A stretch of DNA of 64,000 nt from Dehalococcoidia bacterium (GCA_965242485.1 CBDESM010000003.1:1819759-1883758); one strand, 5' to 3'. Positions 42,373-54,623 are shown, counted from the first letter of the stretch. The notes: generated by a model from the letters alone, not told the origin. Made by a program: numbers and translations.

Positions 42373-43458
42373 CTAGAACGAGGTGAGCACGGTGCGGGCG
42401 ACCTCGCCGGCCTTCATCGCGCGGAAGGCTTCGTTGACGTCTTCGAGCGCGCCGGTCCGCGTGACCATCTCGTCCAGCTTGAGGCGGCCCTGCATGTAGA
42501 AGTCCACCAGCCGCGGCATGTCGATGCGGAAGCGGTTGGAGCCCATGCTGGAGCCTTGCAGCACCTTCTCGCTGAGGAACTCGTGGCCGTCGATCTCGAG
42601 CTTCTGGCCGATCGGGACCATGCCGACGATGGTGGCGACGCCGCCGCGCTTGATCGAGTAGAAGGTCTGCTCGGCGGTGACCTTGAGGCCGATCGCCTCG
42701 ATCGCGTAGTCGACGCCCTCGCCGTCGGTCATGTCCTTGATCTGGTCGACCGGGTTGCCGGTCGAGGCGTCGACCGAGTGGGTCGCGCCGAGTTCGCGGG
42801 CGAGGCCGAGCTTGTGCTCCATCGTGTCGACGGCGATGATCTGGCGCGCGCCGGCGATGCGGGCGCCCTGGATCGCGGCGAGGCCGACGCCGCCGGCGCC
42901 GTAGACGGCGACGGTGGTGCCGGGCTGGACCTTGGCGGTGTTGAGCGCCGCGCCGGCGCCGGTCATCACGCCGCAACCGATCAGCGCCGCCTTGTCGAGC
43001 GGCATGTCGTCGCGGACGCCGACGAGGGCGTTTTCGTGGACGAGGGTGTACTCGGCGTAGGTCGAGAGGTTGGCGAACTGCGCGAGCGGCTCGCCGTTCC
43101 AGGAGAGGCGGGGGTTGTCGCTCTTGCCGCGCTGGGTCTCGGGGCTGCGGCAGAGGTTGGGCCGCCCGCTGAGGCAGTAGGCGCAGTTGCCGCAGAAGAC
43201 GGAGAGGCACATGATCACGTGGTCGCCCGCCTTGAAGTCGGTGACGAGCTCGCCGGCCTCTTCGACGATGCCGGCCGCCTCGTGGCCGAGGATGCCGGGC
43301 GCGGGGAAGGGGTAGAGGCCTTCGACGAAGTGGAGATCGGAGTGGCAGACGCCGGAGGCGGCGGTCTTGACCAGGACTTCGCGCGGGCCGGGCTTGTCGA
43401 CGTCGACCTGCTCGATCGTGAGGTCTTGATTGGCTCCGTGGAACACTGCGGCTTTCAT
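42373..43458 (-). CDS. Zinc-dependent alcohol dehydrogenase (MDR family)
   Basis: MKAAVFHGANQDLTIEQVDV...GVCHSDLH...GHEAAGIVEE...CGNCAYCLSGRPNLC...VYGAGGVGL. The ATG at 43458 was chosen over the track start at 43569. Confidence 0.92.
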   Translation of the reverse strand: MKAAVFHGANQDLTIEQVDVDKPGPREVLVKTAASGVCHSDLHFVEGLYPFPAPGILGHEAAGIVEEAGELVTDFKAGDHVIMCLSVFCGNCAYCLSGRPNLCRSPETQRGKSDNPRLSWNGEPLAQFANLSTYAEYTLVHENALVGVRDDMPLDKAALIGCGVMTGAGAALNTAKVQPGTTVAVYGAGGVGLAAIQGARIAGARQIIAVDTMEHKLGLARELGATHSVDASTGNPVDQIKDMTDGEGVDYAIEAIGLKVTAEQTFYSIKRGGVATIVGMVPIGQKLEIDGHEFLSEKVLQGSSMGSNRFRIDMPRLVDFYMQGRLKLDEMVTRTGALEDVNEAFRAMKAGEVARTVLTSF

Positions 43459-43529
43459 CGGTTCGTCCTTCCCAGGCCGGCAGCGCATCGGCTGCCGCGC
43501 GGCGCGCAGTCTAAGCGAAAGCGGAACGG

Positions 43530-43616
43530 GTCGGACGGGTGGTACCGGGAGAGGGACTCGAACCCCCACGGCCCTGAGGCCAGCTGATTTTAAGTCAGCC
43601 GCGGCTGCCAGTTACG
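43530..43616 (-). tRNA. tRNA-Leu (anticodon UAA)
   Basis: On the reverse strand the sequence is GCCGGGA-TG-GCG..CGC-G-GCTGA-CTTAAAA-TCAGC, a long variable arm, GGGGG-TTCGAGT-CCCTC, then TCCCGGT-A-CCA. It is 87 nt. Confidence 0.93.
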
Positions 43617-43650
43617 CCATCCCGGCACGTATGGGAACGATATCGGCTCA

Positions 43651-46164
43651 TCAGCGCTCCATGCGACGTTCCGGACGATACGAGATCGTTTCGCCGTCGC
43701 TGAAGATGGAGATCGTGCCGTGCTTCGGCGTCCTCAGGACGATCTTGGCGGCCTTCCCGAGTCGCTCCATTGCTTCCTCGTGCGGATGACCGTGCTGGTT
43801 GCCGGCGCCGGCGCTGACTACGGCGATGCGGGGCCGGACGCGGCGCAGGAACAGGTCGGTCGAAGAGGAGCGCGAACCTTGGTGGGCGGCCTTGAGGACG
43901 TCGGCGCGGAGATCGCACGGTTCCGCGTCGGCGCAGCGCCGCCGGGCGAGCGCGATCTCCTCCGTTGCCTCGATGTCGCCGGTCAGGAGCACGGCGTGAC
44001 TGCGGTATCTGATCCGCAGGACGATGCTGTCTGCGTTCGGGTTGGTTGACTGCGTGCGTTCCGAATGCGGCCACAGCACGTCGGCTGTGATGTCGTCTTG
44101 CGCGAACTCGATCTGGTCGCCGTGCGCGACTTCGCGGATCGGGATGTTCCGCTTTTCGGCCGCGTCTTCGATGTTCCGTCCGAGTTCGATTTCGCTGTTG
44201 GGCTCGGTCACGATCAGGAGGCCGACGTCGTAGCGATCGAGGACGGCGAACAGGCCGCCGGCGTGGTCGGACTGCGGATGGGTGAGCACTACGGCGTCGA
44301 TTGCGGCATGATTCGCCGGCAGCACGTCGCGCATCGCGGCCAGCAGGCGGCCGGGGTCGGGGCCTCCGTCGACGAGCATCGTCGCGCCGGACGGGGCGCG
44401 GACGAGGGCTGCATCGCCCTGCCCGATGTCCAGGAAATGGACGGCGAAGCGGCCGTCGTGGGCTGCGTCCGCCCGCGTCCAGACCACGGCGGCCGATGCG
44501 GCGAAGAACATCGCCGCGGCAATTGCGGCGGCAAAGACCAGTCTGCTCCCGCGTTGCCCGGATGCGCGATTGCTTCTAAATCGGGCGGCTGGAAATGACG
44601 CGAGGGCGATGACCGCGATGGCGGCGAAGGCGAAGACCACGACTTCCCGCGGCGCGGCCACGGCGGCCCAGGATGGTGCGGCGGCGAGATCGCCGATCAA
44701 AGCAAGCCAGCTGAGCGGCAGTCCGGCCAAGGGCCAGGCCAGCGCTGCCGCAATCGAGTCGCTGGTGAGCCCGATCGCTGCGGTTGCGGCGGTTCCGGCG
44801 AACATCCAGGTGAAGAAGGGGGCCACGACCAAGTTTGCCGGCAGCGAGACGATGGAGACGCGGTCGAAGTGCCAGGCGATGAAGGGCATCGTCGCCAATG
44901 TGGCGACGGAATTGAGGATGAGGAAATCGAGCGCGGCGCGGGCGGGACCGGCGCCCTCGAAGAACCGCTGCAGCGCGGCCGGCGCGATGGCGACGACCGC
45001 GAGGGTGCCGGCGAGGGTGAGCTGGAACGACGGGCTCGCGATGGCCGGCGGCGACAGCGCGGCGAGGAGCGCGGCCGCCAGCGCGACGGCGTAGATCGCG
45101 CCGGTGCGCCGGCCGAGGGCGAGCGCGATCATCAGCACGGCCGCCATCACGCCGGCCCGGAAGACCGGCGGCTCGGCGACCGGGTCGCCGGCGGCGATGA
45201 AGACATAAGCGCCGACCGCGGCGAGCACGAGGCCCGTGGCCCAGCGCCGGCCGATCAACCAAGTGGTCGTGAACAGGATCAGCGCCGCCAGCAGGTGCAC
45301 GTTCGCGCCGGAGACGACGACGAGATGGATGATTCCGGCGCGGGCCAGGTCTTCGCGCAGGGGCGCGTCGATGGCGTCCCGGCGCCCGGTCAGCATCGCC
45401 TGCGCGATCCCGTCGACCGGCGGCGGCAGCGCGTCGCGGAGGCCGTCGTTGAGGCTGCGGCGCAGCCAGGACACCGCGTCCAGCCACCAGCCGCGGCCGG
45501 GGGATTCGAGCCGTTTCAGGTTCTGCGCGTATCCGATCGCGGAGACGCCCTCGCGGGCCAGGTAGCCGCCGAACCCGCCTTCCAGATCGGCGACGGGATC
45601 GAGCGAGGCTTCGGCCGAGATGCGTTCTCCGGCCTCGATCTCCGAGTCCAGCGGAGCGCGGAGGAGCACCAAGCCGTCGGCGGCAACCTGCTCGTCCCCG
45701 GCCCGCGCCGACTCGACGCGGAGCCAGATTTCCGTGCGGCCCCAGCGCGTCTCGCCGTCGCGCTGCGCGACTCCCGTGAGCGTCGCCGTGCGCTTGGCCA
45801 GATCGTTGATCCAAGCCTCGTCTCGGTCCTGCTGGCCGGCGTGCCAGTGGCCGGCGAGCAGGGCGAGGGGAGCGAGCGCGAGCAGGGCCATCGCCAGCAG
45901 CCGCGCTTTGGCTCGCGCGGGCGTCTGCCAAGCGGCCAAGATGCCGAGCGAGGCGGTCAGCGCGACGGCGAGCGCGACGAATCCGATTTCGGCGCCGGCG
46001 AGGCGGAGCACGATCCCGGTGATGAAGGCGAGCGACCAGATCAAGACCGGCGGCTGGTGGAACCGTCGGAGATCGACCTTCGCCAGCGCTGGGGGAACCC
46101 GTCCGCTGAACGGCAGCATCGGTCGCCGAAGATCGACGGACGGAATGCCGAGCTTCAGTCGCAT
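43651..46164 (-). CDS. comEC: DNA internalization competence protein ComEC/Rec2 with a C-terminal metallo-beta-lactamase domain
   Basis: A polytopic membrane core (…GIIHLVVVSGANVHLLAAL…) is followed by an MBL domain (HFLDIGQGDAALVRAPSGATMLVDGGP...THPQSDHAGG). The start is uncertain: the ATG at 46164 overlaps the comEA end, and 46119 is an alternative. Confidence 0.88.
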   Translation of the reverse strand: MRLKLGIPSVDLRRPMLPFSGRVPPALAKVDLRRFHQPPVLIWSLAFITGIVLRLAGAEIGFVALAVALTASLGILAAWQTPARAKARLLAMALLALAPLALLAGHWHAGQQDRDEAWINDLAKRTATLTGVAQRDGETRWGRTEIWLRVESARAGDEQVAADGLVLLRAPLDSEIEAGERISAEASLDPVADLEGGFGGYLAREGVSAIGYAQNLKRLESPGRGWWLDAVSWLRRSLNDGLRDALPPPVDGIAQAMLTGRRDAIDAPLREDLARAGIIHLVVVSGANVHLLAALILFTTTWLIGRRWATGLVLAAVGAYVFIAAGDPVAEPPVFRAGVMAAVLMIALALGRRTGAIYAVALAAALLAALSPPAIASPSFQLTLAGTLAVVAIAPAALQRFFEGAGPARAALDFLILNSVATLATMPFIAWHFDRVSIVSLPANLVVAPFFTWMFAGTAATAAIGLTSDSIAAALAWPLAGLPLSWLALIGDLAAAPSWAAVAAPREVVVFAFAAIAVIALASFPAARFRSNRASGQRGSRLVFAAAIAAAMFFAASAAVVWTRADAAHDGRFAVHFLDIGQGDAALVRAPSGATMLVDGGPDPGRLLAAMRDVLPANHAAIDAVVLTHPQSDHAGGLFAVLDRYDVGLLIVTEPNSEIELGRNIEDAAEKRNIPIREVAHGDQIEFAQDDITADVLWPHSERTQSTNPNADSIVLRIRYRSHAVLLTGDIEATEEIALARRRCADAEPCDLRADVLKAAHQGSRSSSTDLFLRRVRPRIAVVSAGAGNQHGHPHEEAMERLGKAAKIVLRTPKHGTISIFSDGETISYRPERRMER

Positions 46165-46565
46165 CGGCCGTCCGCGGTGATCTGATCTTGGTCCGCATCG
46201 AGCAGGTAGGACGGGAATCGATCCAAAGTGTGCAGGTCTTCGATGCAGCAAAATTCGCACTCGGTGATGATTCGCTCGGCGAGGATTTCGCCGATCCCGT
46301 CGAGGGTCATCAGTTCTTCGCGGGAGGCCGTGTTGATGTTGATGCGGGTCGGCGCGTGCGGATGCGAGGGCAAGGGGGATTCGCGCTCTCCGCTGGTGAC
46401 GACGCGGATCGCTCCCGGCTCATCCGCGGCGGGAGCGGCGGCGAGGAGGCCCGCCAAAAGCGCGATCCCGGCGGCGAGGGCGGGCAGCCAGATGATGCGG
46501 TATCGCGGTTCGGGTCCGGCCAAGCGGCGGATGCGGGCCGCGAGACGGTGCGAAAACGGCGTCAC
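46155..46565 (-). CDS. comEA: ComEA-like helix-hairpin-helix DNA-binding protein
   Basis: 136 aa with an N-terminal TM segment (IIWLPALAAGIALLAGLLAAA) and the HhH motif ININTASREELMTLDGIGEILAERII. It lies immediately upstream of comEC. Confidence 0.75.
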   Translation of the reverse strand: MTPFSHRLAARIRRLAGPEPRYRIIWLPALAAGIALLAGLLAAAPAADEPGAIRVVTSGERESPLPSHPHAPTRININTASREELMTLDGIGEILAERIITECEFCCIEDLHTLDRFPSYLLDADQDQITADGRCD

Positions 46566-46710
46566 CGGCGCACGCTAGGCAGGCCGCCGGATTGCCGGTA
46601 GATCGCGCGCCGTCGCGCCCGCGTCATAACGGGCGCGTCGCGGATGCCCCGGCCGATGCTGCGATTGATACAGTTCCGCCTCTATCGCGCGGGTGACGCG
46701 GAGGGGTCGA

Positions 46711-47619
<909 letters not shown>

Positions 47620-47742
47620 ACCGGGGCGGGCCGAGACGGGACGGCTGGACGGAGGGCCGTTCGGCGGTTCGGTTCACTTAGGATTGGGCGCACGGGGCCG
47701 GAGGGCGCCGGGCGCGGGGATGCGCGCCGACGGGCGGACGCC

Positions 47743-48681
47743 GTGAGCGGATTCTTTTCGAGCGTCGACGCAGCGTTTGCGGACTTCTCCTGGACCAGCG
47801 CGTTCGAGGTGGCGGCGATCGCGGTCGTGTTCTACGCGGCGCTGCGGCTGCTGCGGGGGACGACGGCGATGACGGTGGTGCGGGGGATGGTGATCGTGGT
47901 GCTGCTGCTCACCGTCTTCGGCCGCGCGCTGGACTCCGTCGTGCTGGGCTGGATGGTCGACAACGGGCTGGCGGTGCTGTTCATCATCGTGCTGATCGTG
48001 TTCCAGCCGGAGTTCCGGCGGGCGCTGGAGCACGTCGGCCGGGCCGGATCGCTGCGCACGCGGCTGGGCGGGCGCCGGCAGCTGCGGGAGCTGATCGCGG
48101 TGGCGGCCGAGGCGAGCGCCCGCTTGGCCGCGCAGCCGGCGGGGGAGCGGACCGGCGCGCTGATCGTGATCGAGCGCGGGACCGGGCTGGAAGAACTGGC
48201 GGCGACCGGCGTGCGCGTGGGCGGCGAGCCCTCGGTCGAGCTGATCGCCAGCATCTTCCAGCGCGGTTCGCCGCTGCATGACGGGGCGCTGCTGCTGCGC
48301 GCCGGCGAGGTCGCCGCGGCCCGCTGCATCGTGCCCCTGCCCTCGGGCAGCGTCGCGTCCGACCGCTCGGCCGACGAAGCGCGCGGGCTGGGGCCCGATC
48401 TGGGCATCCGCCACCGCGCTGCGGTCGGCATCTCGAACGACACGGACGCGCTGGTCGTGGTGGTTTCCGAAGAGACGGGCGCGCTCTCGCTGGCCTCGGG
48501 CGGCGCGCTCCAGCAGGGCCTCGACCGCGCGCAGCTCGAATGGGCGATGGCGCGGCAGGGCGGCCCCTCGCGCGTGAGCGGGCCGCCTTGGCGGATGCCG
48601 ACCGCGGCTGATGGGGATGAGCCGGCGGGCGAACCCGCGTCGGCGCGCGCGGGCGGAGGCGCGCCGGCGCCGGGCACCTGA
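47743..48681 (+). CDS. cdaA: Diadenylate cyclase CdaA (membrane-anchored DAC domain)
   Basis: Three N-terminal TM segments are followed by TGALIVIERG, SPLHDGALLL and GIRHRAAVGISNDTDALVVVVSEETGALSLA. Confidence 0.9.
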   Translation: MSGFFSSVDAAFADFSWTSAFEVAAIAVVFYAALRLLRGTTAMTVVRGMVIVVLLLTVFGRALDSVVLGWMVDNGLAVLFIIVLIVFQPEFRRALEHVGRAGSLRTRLGGRRQLRELIAVAAEASARLAAQPAGERTGALIVIERGTGLEELAATGVRVGGEPSVELIASIFQRGSPLHDGALLLRAGEVAAARCIVPLPSGSVASDRSADEARGLGPDLGIRHRAAVGISNDTDALVVVVSEETGALSLASGGALQQGLDRAQLEWAMARQGGPSRVSGPPWRMPTAADGDEPAGEPASARAGGGAPAPGT

Positions 48682-49946
48682 TGAGCCGGCTGCCGCGCGG
48701 GGCGGCCCGCTGGCTGCAGGAGGCGACGCTGCTCGCGACCGTGATCGTGCTCTCGCTCGCGGTCTGGTTCGTGATCGTCGACGCAGAGAACCGCGAAGTC
48801 GAGCAGCGGCTCGGCTTCAGCCTGTCGGTCGGCGTGATCAACCTCGCGGCCGATTTGGCCGTGGCCAACGAGCCGCTGCCGGTCTCGGTCACCGTGATCG
48901 GGCGGCAGGAGGACGTGGACGGGGTCGCGCCCGAGAACTTGGAAGCGACGATCGACGCCAACGGCCGGGCGCGCGGGCGCCACAGCCTGCCGGTGCGGGT
49001 GCGGTCGCTGATCGAGGGCGTGCGGGTGCGATCGGTGCAGCCGGAGACGGCCGTCGTCGAAATCCAGCAAGTCGAGGAGCGCGAGGTGCCCGTCGTGATC
49101 GAAGCCTCCGGTTCGCCCCCGCTCGGCTTCGCCGTCGCCCAGCCGACGGTCGACCTCGCCTTCGCGACGGTGACGGGGATCTCGTTCGACATCGAACAGA
49201 TCACCGAAGCGGTGGCGCGGGTCGACTTGGCCGGCCTGACCGTGCCGGTGACCCGCACCGTCGCGCTCGAAGCGCGCACCGGGAGCGGTTCGGCCTCGGG
49301 CCGGGTCGCGATCGAGCCGCGCTTCGCGACGGTGCGGATCGACGTGCGGCAGGAGCTGTTCCCGCGCACCGTCACGGTGCGCCCGCGGATCGAGGGCCGC
49401 CCGCTGGACGGCTACCGGATCGCCGCGATCGCGGTCGCGCCGCCGACGGTGGACTTGGTCGCGACGGTGGACGAGTTCGAGGAACTGGCTTCTGTCGAGA
49501 CGACCCCGATCAGCATCGAGGGGCGCAGCTCGACGGTGATCCGGACGGTGCCGCTGGCGACGACCGCGGGGGAGGCGGCGGCCGAGACCCAGGTGCGGGT
49601 GACCGTGCAGATCGAGCCGATCCTGGCCGAGGTGCGGGTGCCGGTGCGCTTGCAGATCGTGAACGCGCCGGCCGGCTGGGAGGCGTCGGTGCAGCCGTCG
49701 TCGGCGCGCCTGCTGCTGCGCGGCGAGGCGGCCGAGATCGCGCGCTTGGATTCGGAACTCGCTCCGATCCTGCTCGACGCCTCCGGCCTCGACGCGGGCC
49801 GGCACTCGATCACGCTGGAATGGAGCGCGCCGGACGGCATCAACGTCGAGATCGCGGAGATCAGCCCCTCGTTCATCATCCTCGCGCTGACCGAGCCGCC
49901 GGCGCCGGAGCCCGAAGAGGCGGAACCGGACGCCGACGGGCAGTAG
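48681..49946 (+). CDS. cdaR: CdaR-like YbbR-domain regulator of CdaA
   Basis: 421 aa with an N-terminal TM segment and repeated YbbR-like beta domains (...VPVSVTVIGRQEDVDGV...VPVVIEASGSPPLGFAV...). The start overlaps the cdaA stop (TGATG). Confidence 0.8.
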   Translation: MSRLPRGAARWLQEATLLATVIVLSLAVWFVIVDAENREVEQRLGFSLSVGVINLAADLAVANEPLPVSVTVIGRQEDVDGVAPENLEATIDANGRARGRHSLPVRVRSLIEGVRVRSVQPETAVVEIQQVEEREVPVVIEASGSPPLGFAVAQPTVDLAFATVTGISFDIEQITEAVARVDLAGLTVPVTRTVALEARTGSGSASGRVAIEPRFATVRIDVRQELFPRTVTVRPRIEGRPLDGYRIAAIAVAPPTVDLVATVDEFEELASVETTPISIEGRSSTVIRTVPLATTAGEAAAETQVRVTVQIEPILAEVRVPVRLQIVNAPAGWEASVQPSSARLLLRGEAAEIARLDSELAPILLDASGLDAGRHSITLEWSAPDGINVEIAEISPSFIILALTEPPAPEPEEAEPDADGQ

Positions 49947-50011
49947 CGGCGGGCGCGGCGCGGAATACAGTGGACGGCAGCGGGCCGGGACCGCTGGAAA
50001 GGCGAGGGGCG

Positions 50012-51412
50012 ATGACGGCGGTGCGCGAGGCCGCAGCCGCGGAAGCCGTCCCGCCGGGCGCCGGGCCCGGAGCGGGCCTGCCCGTCGTGGCGATCGTCGG
50101 CCGGCCCAACGTGGGCAAATCGACCCTGTTCAACCGCCTGCTCGGCCGGCGCCAGGCGATCGTGCGCGGAGAGCCGGGCACGACGCGCGACCGCAACTAC
50201 GGCGAGGCGGAATGGCGCGGGCGGCGCTTCACGGTGATCGACACGGGCGGGCTGCGCGGCGAGCAGCTGGCCGGTCCCTACGCGGAGCCGGTCGCCGACC
50301 AGGTCGGCCAGGCGCTGGCCGAAGCCGACGCGATCATCTTCGTGGTCGACGCGCAGGCCGGTCCGCTGTCGGCCGATTGGGACGTCGCCGAGCTGCTGCG
50401 GGACGCGCCGCAGCCCGTCGCGGTCTGCGCGAACAAGGCCGACAACGTGCGGATCGCGGACGGCGCGGCCGAGTTCCACGCGCTGGGCCTGGGCGAGCCG
50501 CAGGCGATCTCGGCGCACCATGGCAGGCGGATCGACGATCTGCTGGACCGGGTGACGGAGGCGCTGCCCGACGTCGCCGGCGAGCGCGGCGCGGAGGTCG
50601 ATTGCCGCCTGGCGATCGTGGGCCGGCCCAACGTCGGCAAATCGTCGCTGGTCAACGCGCTGCTGCGCGACGAGCGGATGATCGTCAGCGAGGTGCCGGG
50701 CACGACGCGCGACGCGGTGGACGCGCGGCTGGAATTCGAGGGCCGCAGCGTCTCGCTGGTGGACACCGCCGGCATCCGCAGGCGCGGGCGGGTCGAGCCG
50801 GGAATCGAGCGCGCCTCCGTGCGCCGCGCCTCGGCGGCCGCCGGCCGGGCCGACGTCGCCGCGATCGTGATCGACTCGCGCGAGGGCGTCACTTCCCAGG
50901 ATCAGCACGTGATCCAGATGGCGCTCGAAGCCGGCGCCGGGATCGTGCTGGTGATGAACAAGGTCGACCTGCTGGACGAGCGGGAAGGCCTGCGCGGGAG
51001 CCGCGAACGGCAGCTCGCGGGCCGCGCGCGGTTCGTGACTTGGGCCCCGATCATCTGGGTCTCCGCGCTGACCGGAGAGGCGGTCGACGGCGTCGTCGCG
51101 GCGGCGCTGCACGTGGCCGATCAGCGCCGCCTGCGCGTGTCGACGGGGCGCTTGAACGCGCGGCTGCGGCAATGGACGATCGAGCGCCCGCCGCCGACGC
51201 ACAAGGGCCGGCCGATGCGCTTCTACTACGCCGCGCAGACCGCGATCGAGCCGCCGACCTTCGTCTTCTTCATGAACGCGCCCGATGCGCTGCATTTTTC
51301 CTACCAGCGCTACCTGCAGCGGCGGCTGCGCGAGGCGTTCGGCTTCGAAGGCGCGGCGATGCGCCTGCATTTCCGCGGCCGCGACGGCGGGGAGCGGGAC
51401 GGCCGTGATTGA
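50012..51412 (+). CDS. der: Ribosome-associated GTPase Der/EngA
   Basis: There are two G domains (GRPNVGKSTLFN..DTGG and GRPNVGKSSLVN..DTAG..NKVD) and a KH-like C-terminus (PMRFYYAAQTAIEPPTFVFF). These are the C-terminal 466 codons of the 933-aa track ORF. Confidence 0.93.
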   Translation: MTAVREAAAAEAVPPGAGPGAGLPVVAIVGRPNVGKSTLFNRLLGRRQAIVRGEPGTTRDRNYGEAEWRGRRFTVIDTGGLRGEQLAGPYAEPVADQVGQALAEADAIIFVVDAQAGPLSADWDVAELLRDAPQPVAVCANKADNVRIADGAAEFHALGLGEPQAISAHHGRRIDDLLDRVTEALPDVAGERGAEVDCRLAIVGRPNVGKSSLVNALLRDERMIVSEVPGTTRDAVDARLEFEGRSVSLVDTAGIRRRGRVEPGIERASVRRASAAAGRADVAAIVIDSREGVTSQDQHVIQMALEAGAGIVLVMNKVDLLDEREGLRGSRERQLAGRARFVTWAPIIWVSALTGEAVDGVVAAALHVADQRRLRVSTGRLNARLRQWTIERPPPTHKGRPMRFYYAAQTAIEPPTFVFFMNAPDALHFSYQRYLQRRLREAFGFEGAAMRLHFRGRDGGERDGRD

Positions 51413-52025
51413 GGCGTGGGTCGCGGGGCTCGCGGCCGGCTACCTGCTCGGGTCGATTCCGACGGGGCTGTGGGTCGGCAAATGGCGCGGCGGCGGCGAT
51501 ATCCGCGCCAGCGGCAGCGGGCGCACCGGCGCCACCAACGCCTTCCGCAAGCTGGGGCTGAAATGGTCGCTGCTGGTGCTCGCCATCGACGCGGCGAAGG
51601 GGGCCGCGCCGATCCTGATCATCGGCGCGGCGTTCGACAGCCCGACCGGCGAAGTGCTGGGCGGGCTGGCGGCGATCTTCGGGCACCAGTTCCCGCTCTT
51701 CGCCGGCTTCCGCGGCGGGCGCGGCGCGGCGACGGCGCTGGGCGCGACCTTGGCCGCGCTGCCCTTCGCCATCGCCTGCGCGGTCGCGGCCGCGGCCCCG
51801 CTGCTCTGGCGCACCCGCGTGATGTCGCTCTCCGTCCTGATCGGCGCGACCGCCGGCGCCGCGGCGGTCGGGGTCTTCGCGGCCTTCGGCGGCCTTGACG
51901 GCGCATACATCGGCTACGCCGTCGGGGCCTGGCTGCTGATCGTCGTCGGCCACCGCGACAACATCGAGCGGATCGCGGGGGGAACCGAGCGCGTGTTCGG
52001 CGAAACGCCGGCGGAGACGGGCTGA
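51405..52025 (+). CDS. plsY: Glycerol-3-phosphate acyltransferase PlsY
   Basis: GYLLGSIPTGLWVG...SGSGRTGATNAFR...FGHQFPLFAGFRGGRGAATALG...HRDNIERI. The GTG start at 51405 overlaps the end of der. Confidence 0.88.
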   Translation: MIEAWVAGLAAGYLLGSIPTGLWVGKWRGGGDIRASGSGRTGATNAFRKLGLKWSLLVLAIDAAKGAAPILIIGAAFDSPTGEVLGGLAAIFGHQFPLFAGFRGGRGAATALGATLAALPFAIACAVAAAAPLLWRTRVMSLSVLIGATAGAAAVGVFAAFGGLDGAYIGYAVGAWLLIVVGHRDNIERIAGGTERVFGETPAETG

Positions 52026-52031
52026 GCCCCC

Positions 52032-52991
<960 letters not shown>

Positions 52992-53055
52992 TCGGCGGTA
53001 CTGATCGCTCGGATACACTGATTTGCCCGACTGCGGGCGGCGACGGAGGAGCGCG

Positions 53056-54024
53056 GTGTCGGACGATGCGAGCGAGCCGGGCGATGCGTTCGCGCGCCTG
53101 GTGGCGGCGATCGACGCGGGGCGGCAGCCGCTCGAGGCGGATGATCTGCGGGCGCTGAGCGGCGAATCGGAGGCGCTGGAGCGGGAGGCGCGGGGGCGGC
53201 TGGCGGCGCTCGAGCCGGCCGGCCGCTTCGCCTTCGTCGGGGAACTGATCGATTCGATGAACGGGTATCCGGGCTTGGAGTTCACCAGCGTGCTGCGGGC
53301 GGCGCTGGTCGACGACGACCTCTCGGTGCGGGCCGCGGCCGCGACCGCGCTGGCGTCCTGCGAGACGCCGGGCGCGACCGAAGCGCTGCTGCGCACGGCC
53401 GCTTCGGACGAGGAGGACGGCGCGGTGCGGATCGAGGCGGTTGCTTCGCTGGGCGAGGTGGCGCTGCGCGCGGAGTTGGGCTGGGCCGGCTCGGAACGCG
53501 CGGAGGGCGTGATCCCGGCCCTGCGCCGCATCGCCGAGGACGCGCGCGAAGAACCGGCGCTGCGGGCCGGCGCGATCGCCGGCGCGGCCGTCGCGCAGGA
53601 GGACTGGATCGCGCCGCTACTGGACGACGCCTACGGCAGCGACGAAGCGGAACTGCGCCTCGGCGCGCTGCGCGGCATGGGCCGCAACGCCGACGATGCC
53701 TGGATCCCGCTGATTGAAAACGCCTTCGGCGCGGCCGACGAGGACGAGCGCATGGCCGCCGTCGAGGCGGCCGGCGAGATCGGCTCGGAGGACGCGGTGC
53801 CGATGCTGCTCGACCTGCTCGCGGAGCCCGGGCTGGAAAGCGATCTCGCCCGCGCCATCGCCCGCTCGCTGGGCGAGATCGGCGGCGAAGAAGCGCTGGA
53901 GCAGCTGGCCGCGCTGCGGACCCATCCGGATCCGGACCTCCGCGCGGCCGTCGCCGAGGCGCTGGACGAAGCGCGGCGGCTCGACGGCGCGTTCGATGAC
54001 GCCGGCGCGGAGATCTACCAGTGA
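53056..54024 (+). CDS. HEAT-repeat (PBS-lyase-type) protein
   Basis: Repeated units include D..VRAAAATALASCETPGATEALL, VRIEAVASLGEV and ERMAAVEAAGEIGSEDAVPMLLDLL. The GTG at 53056 follows GGAGGAG. The track start at 53023 is possible. Confidence 0.7.
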   Translation: MSDDASEPGDAFARLVAAIDAGRQPLEADDLRALSGESEALEREARGRLAALEPAGRFAFVGELIDSMNGYPGLEFTSVLRAALVDDDLSVRAAAATALASCETPGATEALLRTAASDEEDGAVRIEAVASLGEVALRAELGWAGSERAEGVIPALRRIAEDAREEPALRAGAIAGAAVAQEDWIAPLLDDAYGSDEAELRLGALRGMGRNADDAWIPLIENAFGAADEDERMAAVEAAGEIGSEDAVPMLLDLLAEPGLESDLARAIARSLGEIGGEEALEQLAALRTHPDPDLRAAVAEALDEARRLDGAFDDAGAEIYQ

Positions 54025-54043
54025 CCGGGGAACGGGGTGCGCC

Positions 54044-54619
54044 TTGAACGAAGAGCACGCGGAGAGCGGGAAGCGCGCGCGCGGGCGGGCCCGGGCCGTC
54101 AGCGCCGGCGGAGTGGTCTGGCGGATCGGGCCGGACGCGCCGGGCGCGCCGGGGCGGCCGAGTCTCGAAATCGTCCTGGTGCAGACCGCGGCGCTGCGCT
54201 GGGGGCTGCCCAAGGGCAAGCGCGACCCCGGCGAGCGCCTGCGCGAAACCGCGCTCCGCGAAGTCCGCGAGGAGACCGGGCTGCTGGTCGAGCTGGGCGA
54301 AAAGGTCGGCGTGATGCGCTACCGCTTCAGGGCCGCGCGCCCGGGCGGCGGCAAGCGCAGCATCGATAAGGAAGTCCACTTCTGGCTGATGCAGCCGACC
54401 GGCGGCTCCTTCGCGGATCACGATCACGAGCACATCGACGTCGGCTGGTTCGGCCTCGACGAGGCGATGCGGCGGGTCAGCTACCGCAACACGGTCGACG
54501 TGCTGGAGCGCGCCGCGGCGATGCTCGACGGCCACCCGGACTGGCGGGAAGCGCTGGAACGGAACGGCCCCGGCGGCGCTTCGGACGGCCGCGTGCCGCT
54601 GCGCAGCGGAGCGGGATGA
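54044..54619 (+). CDS. NUDIX hydrolase
   Basis: The Nudix box is GLPKGKRDPGERLRETALREVREETGL. There is no ATG in frame; TTG at 54044 was chosen as the start and is uncertain. It is the C-terminal part of track ORF 53714-54619. Confidence 0.75.
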   Translation: MNEEHAESGKRARGRARAVSAGGVVWRIGPDAPGAPGRPSLEIVLVQTAALRWGLPKGKRDPGERLRETALREVREETGLLVELGEKVGVMRYRFRAARPGGGKRSIDKEVHFWLMQPTGGSFADHDHEHIDVGWFGLDEAMRRVSYRNTVDVLERAAAMLDGHPDWREALERNGPGGASDGRVPLRSGAG

Positions 54620-54623
54620 GGCG

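Noticed and set aside
48611-51412. 933-aa track ORF taken as one gene
   Set aside because: Only the last 466 codons are Der/EngA. The N-terminal part overlaps cdaR in another frame with junk composition.
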